From positions 1 through 64,000 of the IMG/VR virus record IMGVR_UViG_3300022602_000038: DNA of 64,000 bases. One strand, 5' to 3'. Positions within the stretch are counted from its first letter, which is position 1. The number at the start of each line of letters is the position of its first letter. The position numbers were made by a program, and so were the translations under genes. Below, piece by piece: positions 30,347 through 38,293 of this stretch. The notes beneath the pieces were generated by a model. It did no database searches. It saw only the letters and a program-made list of their open reading frames with translations, and had not been told where the DNA came from. Source of the DNA: a virus.

Positions 30347-31816
30347 GTGCGCAACCAATACAAACTTTTAGCAGAAAAATACATTCAGATTAAAGAATGG
30401 GTAAACAAAGAAGATGAATACTTAGCAAATATTGATTTTGATAAATCACCTGAAAGCATTCAAAATAAAATTATTGATTTAGTGATAGAGCCTGAAACGA
30501 TTGAGAGTTTTAAAGTTGAGGATTACTGGGTAGATGATCATTTGCTATGTTACGGGGTTATCATAAACGATTTAAAGCTTAGTTTTTGGTGGCAAGACGA
30601 CCCTGAAGATACAGATGAAGCGGATGATCAACCACCTAAAAATTCAATGTATGTTGTGTTAGATAAAATGTGTAATAATGGTAATCTTCAATTAAAAGAC
30701 CACCCTAAATTACAAAAAGAGGTAGCAAATTTATTAAAAGTACATTTTATTAGAGATGATTCTCTTATAAAGAGCCGCTTTGAAAAAAAGAAAATCGATC
30801 CAATATATAAAAAAGGTTCTGAAGAAGCTGGTATAGAGATTGATATAGAAGAAGCTTACCAGCAGGTAATATCTGAAGAGAGGAATCCAGATGATCCACC
30901 TGCTTTAGTTAATTTTTACAACGGGGAATTAGTAGAATTATTAGGTAAAATACTAGGTATAAAAGATGCTAGAGAAGTTAATAATATTATAAAATTTTTG
31001 GAAGAGGTGGTAGGGCCTAGTCTAGGTTATCAGGACTATGCAGGCGCTGCAATGCAAAGGTACGTAAACGAATATATAGATAAAAATCTTAACGGTAAAG
31101 ATTTTTTGGATCCGCGTATATACGATTATATAAATATTAATTATAATTGGTCGTCAAAACCGCCAAAAATTAAAAAAGCTATCGCTGATAGCTTTAAGCA
31201 AATGTACAAAGAATATACTGTGTGGAAAAAAACACAAGAAGTACTTAAAAAGGGTTCTGAAGAAGCTGGTATAGAGATTGATATAGAAGAAGGTGTTGAA
31301 GAAGACTATAAAAAATTCGATATTGAAATACCAAGGGTAGGAGATATTGCTCAAGTTAATCCGGAAGAGTGGGATAAAATTTATAAAAACACTTTTAAAA
31401 ACAAAACTCATTATACGAAATTTGGGACATTAGTAGTTACAGATATAGATGTAAAAAATGAAATGTTATATGTAGTACTAGGTAAATATAAAAAACAGGA
31501 ATCTACTTTAAATTTTTTAAAAGACGAACAAATAACCTATGATCATAAACCTAAAATAAATACTATATTTTATAGCCGATTTTATAAAGTACCTATACTT
31601 GTTAATAGTTACTATAGTGTAACACAATTAGATGGTGGTGAAGCTATTGAATATTGGTTATTATGTCCCGATAAATCTCAACCGCACTTACCTTTAGCTA
31701 CCACTGTACCTTTTAGTGTCGGGGTAGATAATTGGTCTAAATATAAAAATTGGTTAAAAACTCAAAAAATACTTAAAAAGGGTTCTGAAGAAGCTGGTAT
31801 AGAGATTGACATATAA
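30347..31816 (+). CDS. 3-module tag-linked polyprotein
   Basis: Start reassigned to GTG 30347 (MRNQYKLLAEKYIQIKE) after TAAGTA 30336; tags at 30809, 31247, 31775. Confidence 0.85.
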   Translation: MRNQYKLLAEKYIQIKEWVNKEDEYLANIDFDKSPESIQNKIIDLVIEPETIESFKVEDYWVDDHLLCYGVIINDLKLSFWWQDDPEDTDEADDQPPKNSMYVVLDKMCNNGNLQLKDHPKLQKEVANLLKVHFIRDDSLIKSRFEKKKIDPIYKKGSEEAGIEIDIEEAYQQVISEERNPDDPPALVNFYNGELVELLGKILGIKDAREVNNIIKFLEEVVGPSLGYQDYAGAAMQRYVNEYIDKNLNGKDFLDPRIYDYININYNWSSKPPKIKKAIADSFKQMYKEYTVWKKTQEVLKKGSEEAGIEIDIEEGVEEDYKKFDIEIPRVGDIAQVNPEEWDKIYKNTFKNKTHYTKFGTLVVTDIDVKNEMLYVVLGKYKKQESTLNFLKDEQITYDHKPKINTIFYSRFYKVPILVNSYYSVTQLDGGEAIEYWLLCPDKSQPHLPLATTVPFSVGVDNWSKYKNWLKTQKILKKGSEEAGIEIDI

Positions 31817-31994
31817 AAAATTTATGAATTCATTAAGTGACTGGAAGAAAATGCCTCAAGAGCATTATACTGAATATAAAGGTCGCAGAATGAAAGTCAA
31901 AGAAGTAGTTGCCTTCTTAGAAGGAGAGCTTAAAAGAGTAGATGAACTATTAAAGCGCTCTGAAAAAGATAAACAAACAACTAACATAAAATGA
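31806..31994 (+). CDS. Hypothetical protein (start uncertain, perhaps ATG 31824)
   Basis: Short ORF in operon. Confidence 0.5.
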   Translation: MTYKKFMNSLSDWKKMPQEHYTEYKGRRMKVKEVVAFLEGELKRVDELLKRSEKDKQTTNIK

Positions 31995-32218
31995 ACAGAC
32001 AAGAACAACAAACCATTGATATGAAATGGATGTTAAAGTTTTACGGTTATAAGACCGAAGACAATCTAAAGTTTACAAAGGTAGTGGGTAAGAATATAGC
32101 CCGATCGGTTACCTTTCTAGAAGACTTTAAAGTAGCTATTAAGTACTTAAACAAAGAGACCAAGTTTACGTTCTCTGAAACTATGTTAATTGAGGACGGG
32201 TTTAATTGGATAGCATAA
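31991..32218 (+). CDS. Hypothetical protein
   Basis: 75 aa ORF. Confidence 0.6.
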   Translation: MNRQEQQTIDMKWMLKFYGYKTEDNLKFTKVVGKNIARSVTFLEDFKVAIKYLNKETKFTFSETMLIEDGFNWIA

Positions 32219-32227
32219 AAAAATAAC

Positions 32228-32416
32228 ATGACATTATTAGAAGCGTTTAAGCATGTGCAGTACTTTGCAGATAATTACTATCAAGGTAGTGTAACCAAAG
32301 CTGTTGCAGCCCTAGAAGCCTCTCACGAACATATAACAGATGATAGTAAAGAGGCACTAACTCTGTTTAAAGAGTGGCAACAAAGAATGAATAACTGGTT
32401 AGAGTATGTAAAATGA
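32228..32416 (+). CDS. Hypothetical protein
   Basis: 62 aa ORF. Confidence 0.6.
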   Translation: MTLLEAFKHVQYFADNYYQGSVTKAVAALEASHEHITDDSKEALTLFKEWQQRMNNWLEYVK

Positions 32417-32469
32417 GACTTAAAGAATAGCTTGATAACACCTTAAGAATAGTATAAGTATTAATATAT

Positions 32470-32823
32470 ATGCGCGACCAATATAAAGTTTTACTAGAAA
32501 GATATCAGGAAATGCCTTCTAATGAACCAGAAGAGGAACCAGAAATGGATATGGACGAAGAAGAAGGTAACCATGAACTAATAGTTAGATATGAATTTGT
32601 TATGGAAACAGATGATAAGGTGCTTAGTAAGCTTGATAGAATAGCTGCTCAAGTAGGAATAACAGAAGGGTATGATGGTGCTGAAATATATGGAGCTTTT
32701 AATCCACCTATGCGTCAGGTGTATTATGTCAGTAAAGATGTCAGGCAATTAGAGAAATTAGCTGATCTTATTGTTTCACAAATACCTGATATAGAGTTTG
32801 AAACTTACATACAAGAAGCGTAA
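32470..32823 (+). CDS. Leader-bearing acidic protein
   Basis: TATAAGTA 32453; MRDQYKVLLERYQE. Confidence 0.75.
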   Translation: MRDQYKVLLERYQEMPSNEPEEEPEMDMDEEEGNHELIVRYEFVMETDDKVLSKLDRIAAQVGITEGYDGAEIYGAFNPPMRQVYYVSKDVRQLEKLADLIVSQIPDIEFETYIQEA

Positions 32824-32829
32824 TAAAGT

Positions 32830-33189
32830 ATGCGCAACCGGTACAAAGTACTAGAAGAGGCATATGATAAAGTAAAAGAGAACAATTGGTGGGAGGAGCT
32901 TAAGAAAAAGAACCCTATTTTATATGCCAAGCACAGAGAGAAGTACAAGGCCAAGATGCGCGAGTACAACAAAAAGAGGTTAGATGCAATTAAACCAGAC
33001 AGAAAACCTAAACCAGAAAAGCCATCTGGTTTAGTGCACCCAACAGTGCCAAGAGCAATACAAAGTGCGCAATGGTGGAGGGATTTAAAAGCACAAAACC
33101 CAGAAGAATACGCTAGAAGAAACGCCATAAAGACTCAAAGAGCTAGAGAAAGAAGAGCACAGCTAAAGAACACCAATAAGGCAAGCTAA
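32830..33189 (+). CDS. Leader-bearing basic protein with two WW..LK..NP..YA repeats
   Basis: MRNRYKVLEEAYDKVKE; WWEELKKKNPILYA and WWRDLKAQNPEEYA. Confidence 0.75.
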   Translation: MRNRYKVLEEAYDKVKENNWWEELKKKNPILYAKHREKYKAKMREYNKKRLDAIKPDRKPKPEKPSGLVHPTVPRAIQSAQWWRDLKAQNPEEYARRNAIKTQRARERRAQLKNTNKAS

Positions 33190-33217
33190 AAAAAGGTAAA
33201 AAAAAGGTAATATTTTG

Positions 33218-33246
33218 TTGCCTTTATACCTTAAAGTATGCATAAT
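33218..33246 (+). promoter_or_regulatory. Sigma70-type early promoter with A-tract UP region
   Basis: TTGCCT-N17-CATAAT preceded by aaaaaaaggt x2; similar upstream context at 39182-39206. Confidence 0.65.
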
Positions 33247-33293
33247 GTACGTATAATAAAAGAAACAATTACGTTTCATTATTATAATGTTCT

Positions 33294-33554
33294 ATGAAAG
33301 TTAAAAATCATCTATTATCAAAGAAATCTCTACCTATTGATACAACCATACCAGTACGTTATGCCACTCAACTTAAAAACAAGAAAGGTGAATGGTACTT
33401 TCCAGGTGGTACATTAACGCACGATTCAATGAGAAGTGCTAACAAGATACTAAAGGTTTATAGCCTTGGACCTAAATCGTTTAAGGATGCCGTTGGTAAG
33501 ACTGTTAGATTTATTAGATTTGACCCGGTTATTGTTAAAGAAGTAGAGCTATAA
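33294..33554 (+). CDS. Basic hypothetical protein
   Basis: 86 aa ORF between promoter and terminator. Confidence 0.65.
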   Translation: MKVKNHLLSKKSLPIDTTIPVRYATQLKNKKGEWYFPGGTLTHDSMRSANKILKVYSLGPKSFKDAVGKTVRFIRFDPVIVKEVEL

Positions 33555-33560
33555 CATATT

Positions 33561-33595
33561 AAAAGGATATATCTTAATTGGTATATCCTTTTTTT
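33561..33595 (+). terminator. Intrinsic terminator
   Basis: aaaaggatatat...gtatatccttttttt. Confidence 0.75.
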
Positions 33596-33623
33596 ATTGT
33601 ATTATAATGATAAGTAATGGTAC

Positions 33624-34103
33624 ATGAGGAGTCAATATAAAGTTTTAGCAGAAGCTTATAATAGGGTACTTGAAACAAGTAAGCCTATTACAAAAGAAGA
33701 CACCTCTAATGAGTGGTACAATGATGCAAGAAAGCAGATAGATAGTTCCGACGGAGCCTACGGGTTTTCTTTCTTTAAAACAATAAAGGATTGGCCACAT
33801 CCAGATGAATTTATAAAGTTTTTATGTAAACACATATACGGTGTTAGTGTAGATTATTTTGAAATAGTTACGTATGGTATTGATAAATTCATTACTACGA
33901 TGTTTGGACATGAGGTAGACAGTATTGCAGGGGATATAAGAGATAAGAACCCGCATTTAAGTCATAAAGAGATAAATGATATTTCAGATAAATTAGCGGT
34001 AAAAAAACTAAAAGAATATTATAACCAATTTAAAACTTACCAAAAGGCTCAAGCAGTACTTAAAAAAGGTTCCGAAGAATCCGGAGTAGACATAGACATA
34101 TAA
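33624..34103 (+). CDS. Single-module protein with both leader and tag
   Basis: TAAGTA 33611; MRSQYKVLAEAYNRVLE ... KKGSEESGVDIDI. Confidence 0.85.
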   Translation: MRSQYKVLAEAYNRVLETSKPITKEDTSNEWYNDARKQIDSSDGAYGFSFFKTIKDWPHPDEFIKFLCKHIYGVSVDYFEIVTYGIDKFITTMFGHEVDSIAGDIRDKNPHLSHKEINDISDKLAVKKLKEYYNQFKTYQKAQAVLKKGSEESGVDIDI

Positions 34104-34107
34104 TAAC

Positions 34108-34560
34108 ATGAGAGACAACACTACCAAACTACTAGAAGAGGCATATAAAAAGGTTCAAGAAAGAGATGGACGTTTAGAGACATGGGTAAAAGGAGATCAA
34201 AATGAACGTAATGAATATAAAAACTACGTTCAAACCAAGTTTAATGGGGATTATAGAAAGGGTGCACAAGCGTGGGCTCAAATGAAGAACAGACCCACGG
34301 ATGATGTCTTTAATGATAAAGCACGTTTAGATGCATTTATGAAAGCAGACTTCGACTTCAACACATTTGATGAACAGGATTGGAACAATTATTGGCTCCT
34401 AGCACAGCACTGCGATAAAAATAGGGAATTTCAAAAGAAAGCACTAGACATTATCGAACAGTATCTTGGCACCGAACACAGTCATTATAAGTACCTTTAC
34501 GATAGATTATCCTTAGCACTGACCGGTAAACAGAAGTACGGCACACAGAATGCAAAATAA
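34108..34560 (+). CDS. Leader-bearing DUF6624-like protein
   Basis: MRDNTTKLLEEAYKKVQE; WLLAQHCD...Q...YLYDR.....GKQKYGTQ. Confidence 0.7.
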   Translation: MRDNTTKLLEEAYKKVQERDGRLETWVKGDQNERNEYKNYVQTKFNGDYRKGAQAWAQMKNRPTDDVFNDKARLDAFMKADFDFNTFDEQDWNNYWLLAQHCDKNREFQKKALDIIEQYLGTEHSHYKYLYDRLSLALTGKQKYGTQNAK

Positions 34561-34576
34561 GGACTATATAAGGGGA

Positions 34577-35044
34577 TTATCTTAGTTCACCTTCGTCAGC
34601 ATTATGATCCTTGATCCACTGTAACAGATCATTGCCCTTTAGTACATTATCAATAGTTATAGTTTCTGTGCTTGTGTAGTTGCCCGGTTCAATGCTACCC
34701 ATATTTTGATTAGAGATATGTTTATTAAACTTACCAGCATTTGTATGTATCACTAATAAAGCACCGTGTTTGGATATATCTGCACTAGAAGGGATATAGT
34801 TACCTTTGTTTAATTTTCTTTGTATCTGACTAGACAGTGCACAGTATACCGCTCTTGCCCCTTTTGAATCACTAGCAAACACCGCCGGTATGGCCTCTTT
34901 CTTATAAAGCTCTTGAGTAAACTTTCCTACAGTCGGAGTTAACCCCTGTGCAAGTATTGACGGAACATTATCAATTAGGGTACCGTGATACAGTCTAAGA
35001 CTATCATCAGTTGTATTTTCATAAAAGAAATCTCTAAACGTCAT
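34577..35044 (-). CDS. NAD-dependent ADP-ribosyltransferase/Tpt1-like fold protein with capsid-targeting-like N-terminus
   Basis: Start reassigned to ATG 35044 (MTFRDFFYE); LYHGT....SIL..GL.P and AVFAS motifs. Confidence 0.65.
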   Translation of the reverse strand: MTFRDFFYENTTDDSLRLYHGTLIDNVPSILAQGLTPTVGKFTQELYKKEAIPAVFASDSKGARAVYCALSSQIQRKLNKGNYIPSSADISKHGALLVIHTNAGKFNKHISNQNMGSIEPGNYTSTETITIDNVLKGNDLLQWIKDHNADEGELR

Positions 35045-35049
35045 TATAG

Positions 35050-35057
35050 TATTTATA
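35050..35057 (-). promoter_or_regulatory. T4-type late promoter TATAAATA
   Basis: Exact consensus on minus strand 5 nt before ATG 35044. Confidence 0.7.
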
Positions 35058-35100
35058 AAAAAGCTTGATATAATGCAATAAGTTACCATAATACGGTGTT

Positions 35101-35250
35101 ATGAGTAACTTTAACTGTGAACAATATGTACTAGATAACTACGGTGAAGAAATAGTAGATATGTTCGTAGAGGAGTATGGTATATATGCTACAACATATC
35201 TATATAGCTTAACACAGGATGAAGTAGATGATGTATTAGCTAAGTACTAA
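35101..35250 (+). CDS. Small acidic early protein
   Basis: Not in track; MSNFNCEQYVLDNYGEEIVDMFVEEYGIYATTYLYSLTQDEVDDVLAKY after TTGATA-N16-CATAAT. Confidence 0.65.
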   Translation: MSNFNCEQYVLDNYGEEIVDMFVEEYGIYATTYLYSLTQDEVDDVLAKY

Positions 35251-35251
35251 T

Positions 35252-36472
35252 ATGAGAGATAGGACTACCATACTACTAGAAGAGGCATATGAAAAGGTTA
35301 AAGAAGCGGCTATACTACCGGATGAATCTAAAGTTGATAAAGTAATGGATATATTGAACAAAGCACAACAGTTAAGACAGCAAGGATATAGTGTAAAAAA
35401 AACAGAACAAAATGCAATAAAAGAGTTGGCACTTCTTAATATAACCATTAAGGATTTGGAAGCGCCTATAGGCGCCGGGATTGTATACAATCCCATCAAT
35501 TTTTATGATACAGGAAGAATAGTAATTAGTAGAGATTTATTTAAAAGGTACATAGACTTGCCCTTTAGTAAAAGTAAGGTCGAGTGTAAACATAGAGAGA
35601 AAGTAATGAGACGATTAATCGGTCACGAATATATTCATCAATTGCAACTTATACGTAAATTAAAAAGGATCCATTCATTAAATAAGCCTGCAGGCATCTA
35701 TGATAATGAAGAAAGGATCAATTCATTAAAAAAGCTTGCAGGCATCTATAATAATGAAGTACGGTATCATAGCCGCCATTTTGATAATAAAGACCCTAAG
35801 TTTTATTATAACAATTATAACGAAATAATGACCTATGCCTATGAAATGGCAAAGAAGATATACGATAAGTTGAATATAGATAAGTACAAAGCAAGGAACT
35901 TTACCAAGGATCAAATTTACAAAGTAGTACAAAGGTTTATGCAAGTAGATAGATTTGCTACAAACAAAATGAGTAAAGAAATTGTTCAGCACCTCACCCC
36001 AGATAATGTAAAACGGTACTACAAGTACATTTACGATTATGTAGGACAGTTGTATGATGGTATATTAAAAGAACCAAACAATAAGGTAAGGGATTCATTA
36101 AACGAAAAGGGTGTTATAGTTAGTGGAAGATTTTATGGTCAAACGATACAAGACTATGTAGAGAGGTTTTTACCTAAGCATTTTAAAGAAAAAAATAAAG
36201 TCAACAAAGAAGAATTATTAGACTTTGTAAAGTATATTCAAGATAATATCTATAAACATATACCAGTTACTCGTACTAAATTCTCCAGTAAAAATGTATT
36301 ACCTTTATTGTATCTAGCAAATAAGATTATACTAAGTAATCCTAATTTAACTTCAAATGCAGTATATAAACAAGTATTAGAGTTCCTTTATAAAGAGTAC
36401 ACCTACCATAAGAAGACACAAGCAGTACTTAAGAAGGGCTCTAAAGAAGCAGGCATTGATATAGATATATAA
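35252..36472 (+). CDS. Leader- and tag-bearing protein with zincin-like HExxH domain
   Basis: MRDRTTILLEEAYEKVKE; GHEYIHQLQ...Y....NEI..YAYE; ends KKGSKEAGIDIDI. Confidence 0.8.
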   Translation: MRDRTTILLEEAYEKVKEAAILPDESKVDKVMDILNKAQQLRQQGYSVKKTEQNAIKELALLNITIKDLEAPIGAGIVYNPINFYDTGRIVISRDLFKRYIDLPFSKSKVECKHREKVMRRLIGHEYIHQLQLIRKLKRIHSLNKPAGIYDNEERINSLKKLAGIYNNEVRYHSRHFDNKDPKFYYNNYNEIMTYAYEMAKKIYDKLNIDKYKARNFTKDQIYKVVQRFMQVDRFATNKMSKEIVQHLTPDNVKRYYKYIYDYVGQLYDGILKEPNNKVRDSLNEKGVIVSGRFYGQTIQDYVERFLPKHFKEKNKVNKEELLDFVKYIQDNIYKHIPVTRTKFSSKNVLPLLYLANKIILSNPNLTSNAVYKQVLEFLYKEYTYHKKTQAVLKKGSKEAGIDIDI

Positions 36473-36516
36473 GTACGTAGTTATTACATCTACTTTAAAA
36501 TCTATATCCGTTTTGA

Positions 36517-36697
36517 GAAATTCGAATTTCTAAATCCAGAAGTGCATACAAATTTGGCTCCCTATATAGAGAACACTTATAGCCTATAGAGCACTAACTG
36601 GACTGTGCCCCGGACTATATCAGACGAAGTAGATATCACTAAGCACCTATAAAAGTAAATCCAGTAACGGAAATTTGAATTTTGTAAAACAGAAGTG
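36517..36697. repeat. Left pair of 28-bp palindrome-core repeats
   Basis: gaaattcgaatttctaaatccagaagtg at 36517; degenerate copy at 36670. Confidence 0.85.
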
Positions 36698-36875
36698 CAA
36701 CTAATTACGGAAGCACTATTGGAAATGAAATAGAGAGAAATGGAATACAGGAGAAAAATGTGTGGAGATGAGTGGAGTGTATTAAACTAAGTCTCTCCGC
36801 CAATTTTTTTCAAGCTTTTTTTTGCAAAATTTTGTAATATGGCTTTTTTTATTGCACATTCTAAGGTATGTTTAT

Positions 36876-37244
36876 ATGAATAACACGTGGAGGTATAGTG
36901 TCCCGACTAGGAGTGATTTGCCAATATATGTTTCTTTTGGTGATGTCAACGATTATGATATACGGTTATTTGACAAGGAGGTACCTGCAGGTAAGGTGTT
37001 ATGGGTGCATGCAGATATACCTAAGTTACCGGTCAATAAGGAGCAAACGGTAATAGACTCTAGGTTTCAGGAGCTAGCTAACAGTGATAGTACAACAGAG
37101 TGGTTTGATAACGACTGGTTTGCTGCAGGGTTCCACTATGCTGTAGAGGTGATACATAATGAGGTACAGAAGGTTAGTACTAAGAAATCCACCAAAACAT
37201 CTCCTTTTATTGATCCGGCAATATATTTCAAAAAAGATATATAG
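36876..37244 (+). CDS. Hypothetical early protein
   Basis: Start reassigned to ATG 36876 (MNNTWRY). Confidence 0.6.
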   Translation: MNNTWRYSVPTRSDLPIYVSFGDVNDYDIRLFDKEVPAGKVLWVHADIPKLPVNKEQTVIDSRFQELANSDSTTEWFDNDWFAAGFHYAVEVIHNEVQKVSTKKSTKTSPFIDPAIYFKKDI

Positions 37245-37475
37245 CAATTTAATAAGGTGAGTCTATAAAAGAATCCCTTAATCAACTGTATTACATCCCT
37301 TTTATCCCTATTAGAAATAATAATTGGAGTATTCGTATATAAACTTTCTTTATATTGGATTTTTTTGGAGTATAACTTATAAGTTGCTCTAATAGCACCT
37401 GTATAAAATTAATGATGTTAATAGAGAGTGTAAATTTCAATAAATTATTAGATTTATTTGGATTAAAAAAAAGAG

Positions 37476-37504
37476 TTGCCTGTTATTAAAAAATAGCCTA
37501 AAAT
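37476..37504 (+). promoter_or_regulatory. Sigma70-type promoter with no adjacent ORF
   Basis: TTGCCT-N17-TAAAAT. Confidence 0.6.
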
Positions 37505-37507
37505 GAA

Positions 37508-37580
37508 GTACTGGGGTGAAAGCGCCGTAATCTGCAGTACCCCAATGGCTAGGCGCTTCTTGGAGGAGGTTCCTTATACG
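37508..37580. ncRNA. Candidate pseudoknotted small RNA
   Basis: GC-rich island; tggggt/acccca and aagcgcc/ggcgctt crossing stems; convergent promoters on both sides. Confidence 0.4.
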
Positions 37581-37658
37581 CCAATAATGAGGATTTAATT
37601 AAAAAGGTCAACTAAAAAAGGGATTATTTAATAAAAAAAAGAGTTGTAATATTACAAA

Positions 37659-37734
37659 AAATCTAGATTATTAATTTTGTATTAGTTATAAAACACTTAT
37701 AATTAAACATTAACAAAATAAACCAAAATAATAA
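37659..37734 (+). repeat. 76-bp exact direct repeat (promoter/leader cassette), copy 1
   Basis: Identical to 38294..38369; ends 1 nt before an ATG. Confidence 0.9.
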
Positions 37735-37735
37735 T

Positions 37736-37972
37736 ATGAGTAATAATAAAAGAGAAGTTAAATTAATAAATTGTAACTTATTAGATGTTAAAAATAACAA
37801 ACTAATTAAAATGGAGGGGTATGTTAAAATTGTAAATTATGATAATAAAGAGTATTTTGAGGTAAATTTAAGAGATGGGGATTTTAATAATGAGAAGTAT
37901 ATTTTAATAGGAAGTAATGAGAAGTTTAAGATTTTTGGTAAAGATGATGATGGAGGATATTTTGTAATTTAA
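37736..37972 (+). CDS. Hypothetical early protein (C-depleted)
   Basis: 78 aa ORF after cassette repeat. Confidence 0.7.
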   Translation: MSNNKREVKLINCNLLDVKNNKLIKMEGYVKIVNYDNKEYFEVNLRDGDFNNEKYILIGSNEKFKIFGKDDDGGYFVI

Positions 37973-38033
37973 ATAAATTAAGTAATTTGAATTTTAGTGT
38001 TGATTTAATAATAAAATAATATAGATTAATAAT

Positions 38034-38189
38034 ATGAAAAATAATTATAAAATAATTAAATTAAGTGTTGAAGAATTTATAGAAAAATATTATAATAAGT
38101 ATTTAGAAGAAAAATATGAAGATAATTGGATGGATGTAGTTATAGAAGAATTATTAAAAGATAATATTAAAATAGAATTTATAGATTAA
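38034..38189 (+). CDS. Small acidic protein encoded without any cytosine
   Basis: Not in track; MKNNYKIIKLSVEEFIEKYYNKYLEEKYEDNWMDVVIEELLKDNIKIEFID; paralog of 29475 ORF; flanked by ~45-bp repeats at 37975 and 38193. Confidence 0.7.
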   Translation: MKNNYKIIKLSVEEFIEKYYNKYLEEKYEDNWMDVVIEELLKDNIKIEFID

Positions 38190-38293
38190 TAGAAATTAAG
38201 TAGTTTGAATTTTAGTGTTGATTTAAATAATAAAATAAAAAAATAATTAAAAAAAGTTTGTAATAATGCAAAAAAGAGTTGCATTAATAAGAG

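Larger units (their letters stand above)
20634..36469 (+). repeat. Dispersed 39-45 bp coding repeat, 21 copies, encoding KKGS(E/K)EAG(I/M/V)(D/E)IDI(EE)
   Basis: Consensus aaaaaaggNtctgaagaagctggtatagaNattgatata(gaagaa); 15 internal and 6 terminal copies in 6 genes. Confidence 0.95.

Noticed and set aside
20634-36469. Tag repeats as a CRISPR array or integron attC sites
   Set aside because: Spacing is hundreds of bp, copies are in-frame coding with synonymous variation, there is no dyad symmetry, and no cas or integrase gene is in the window
37508-37560. Firm call as an HDV-like/theta ribozyme
   Set aside because: P1 and L3 do not match consensus and no tRNA is adjacent; kept only as an unassigned RNA candidate
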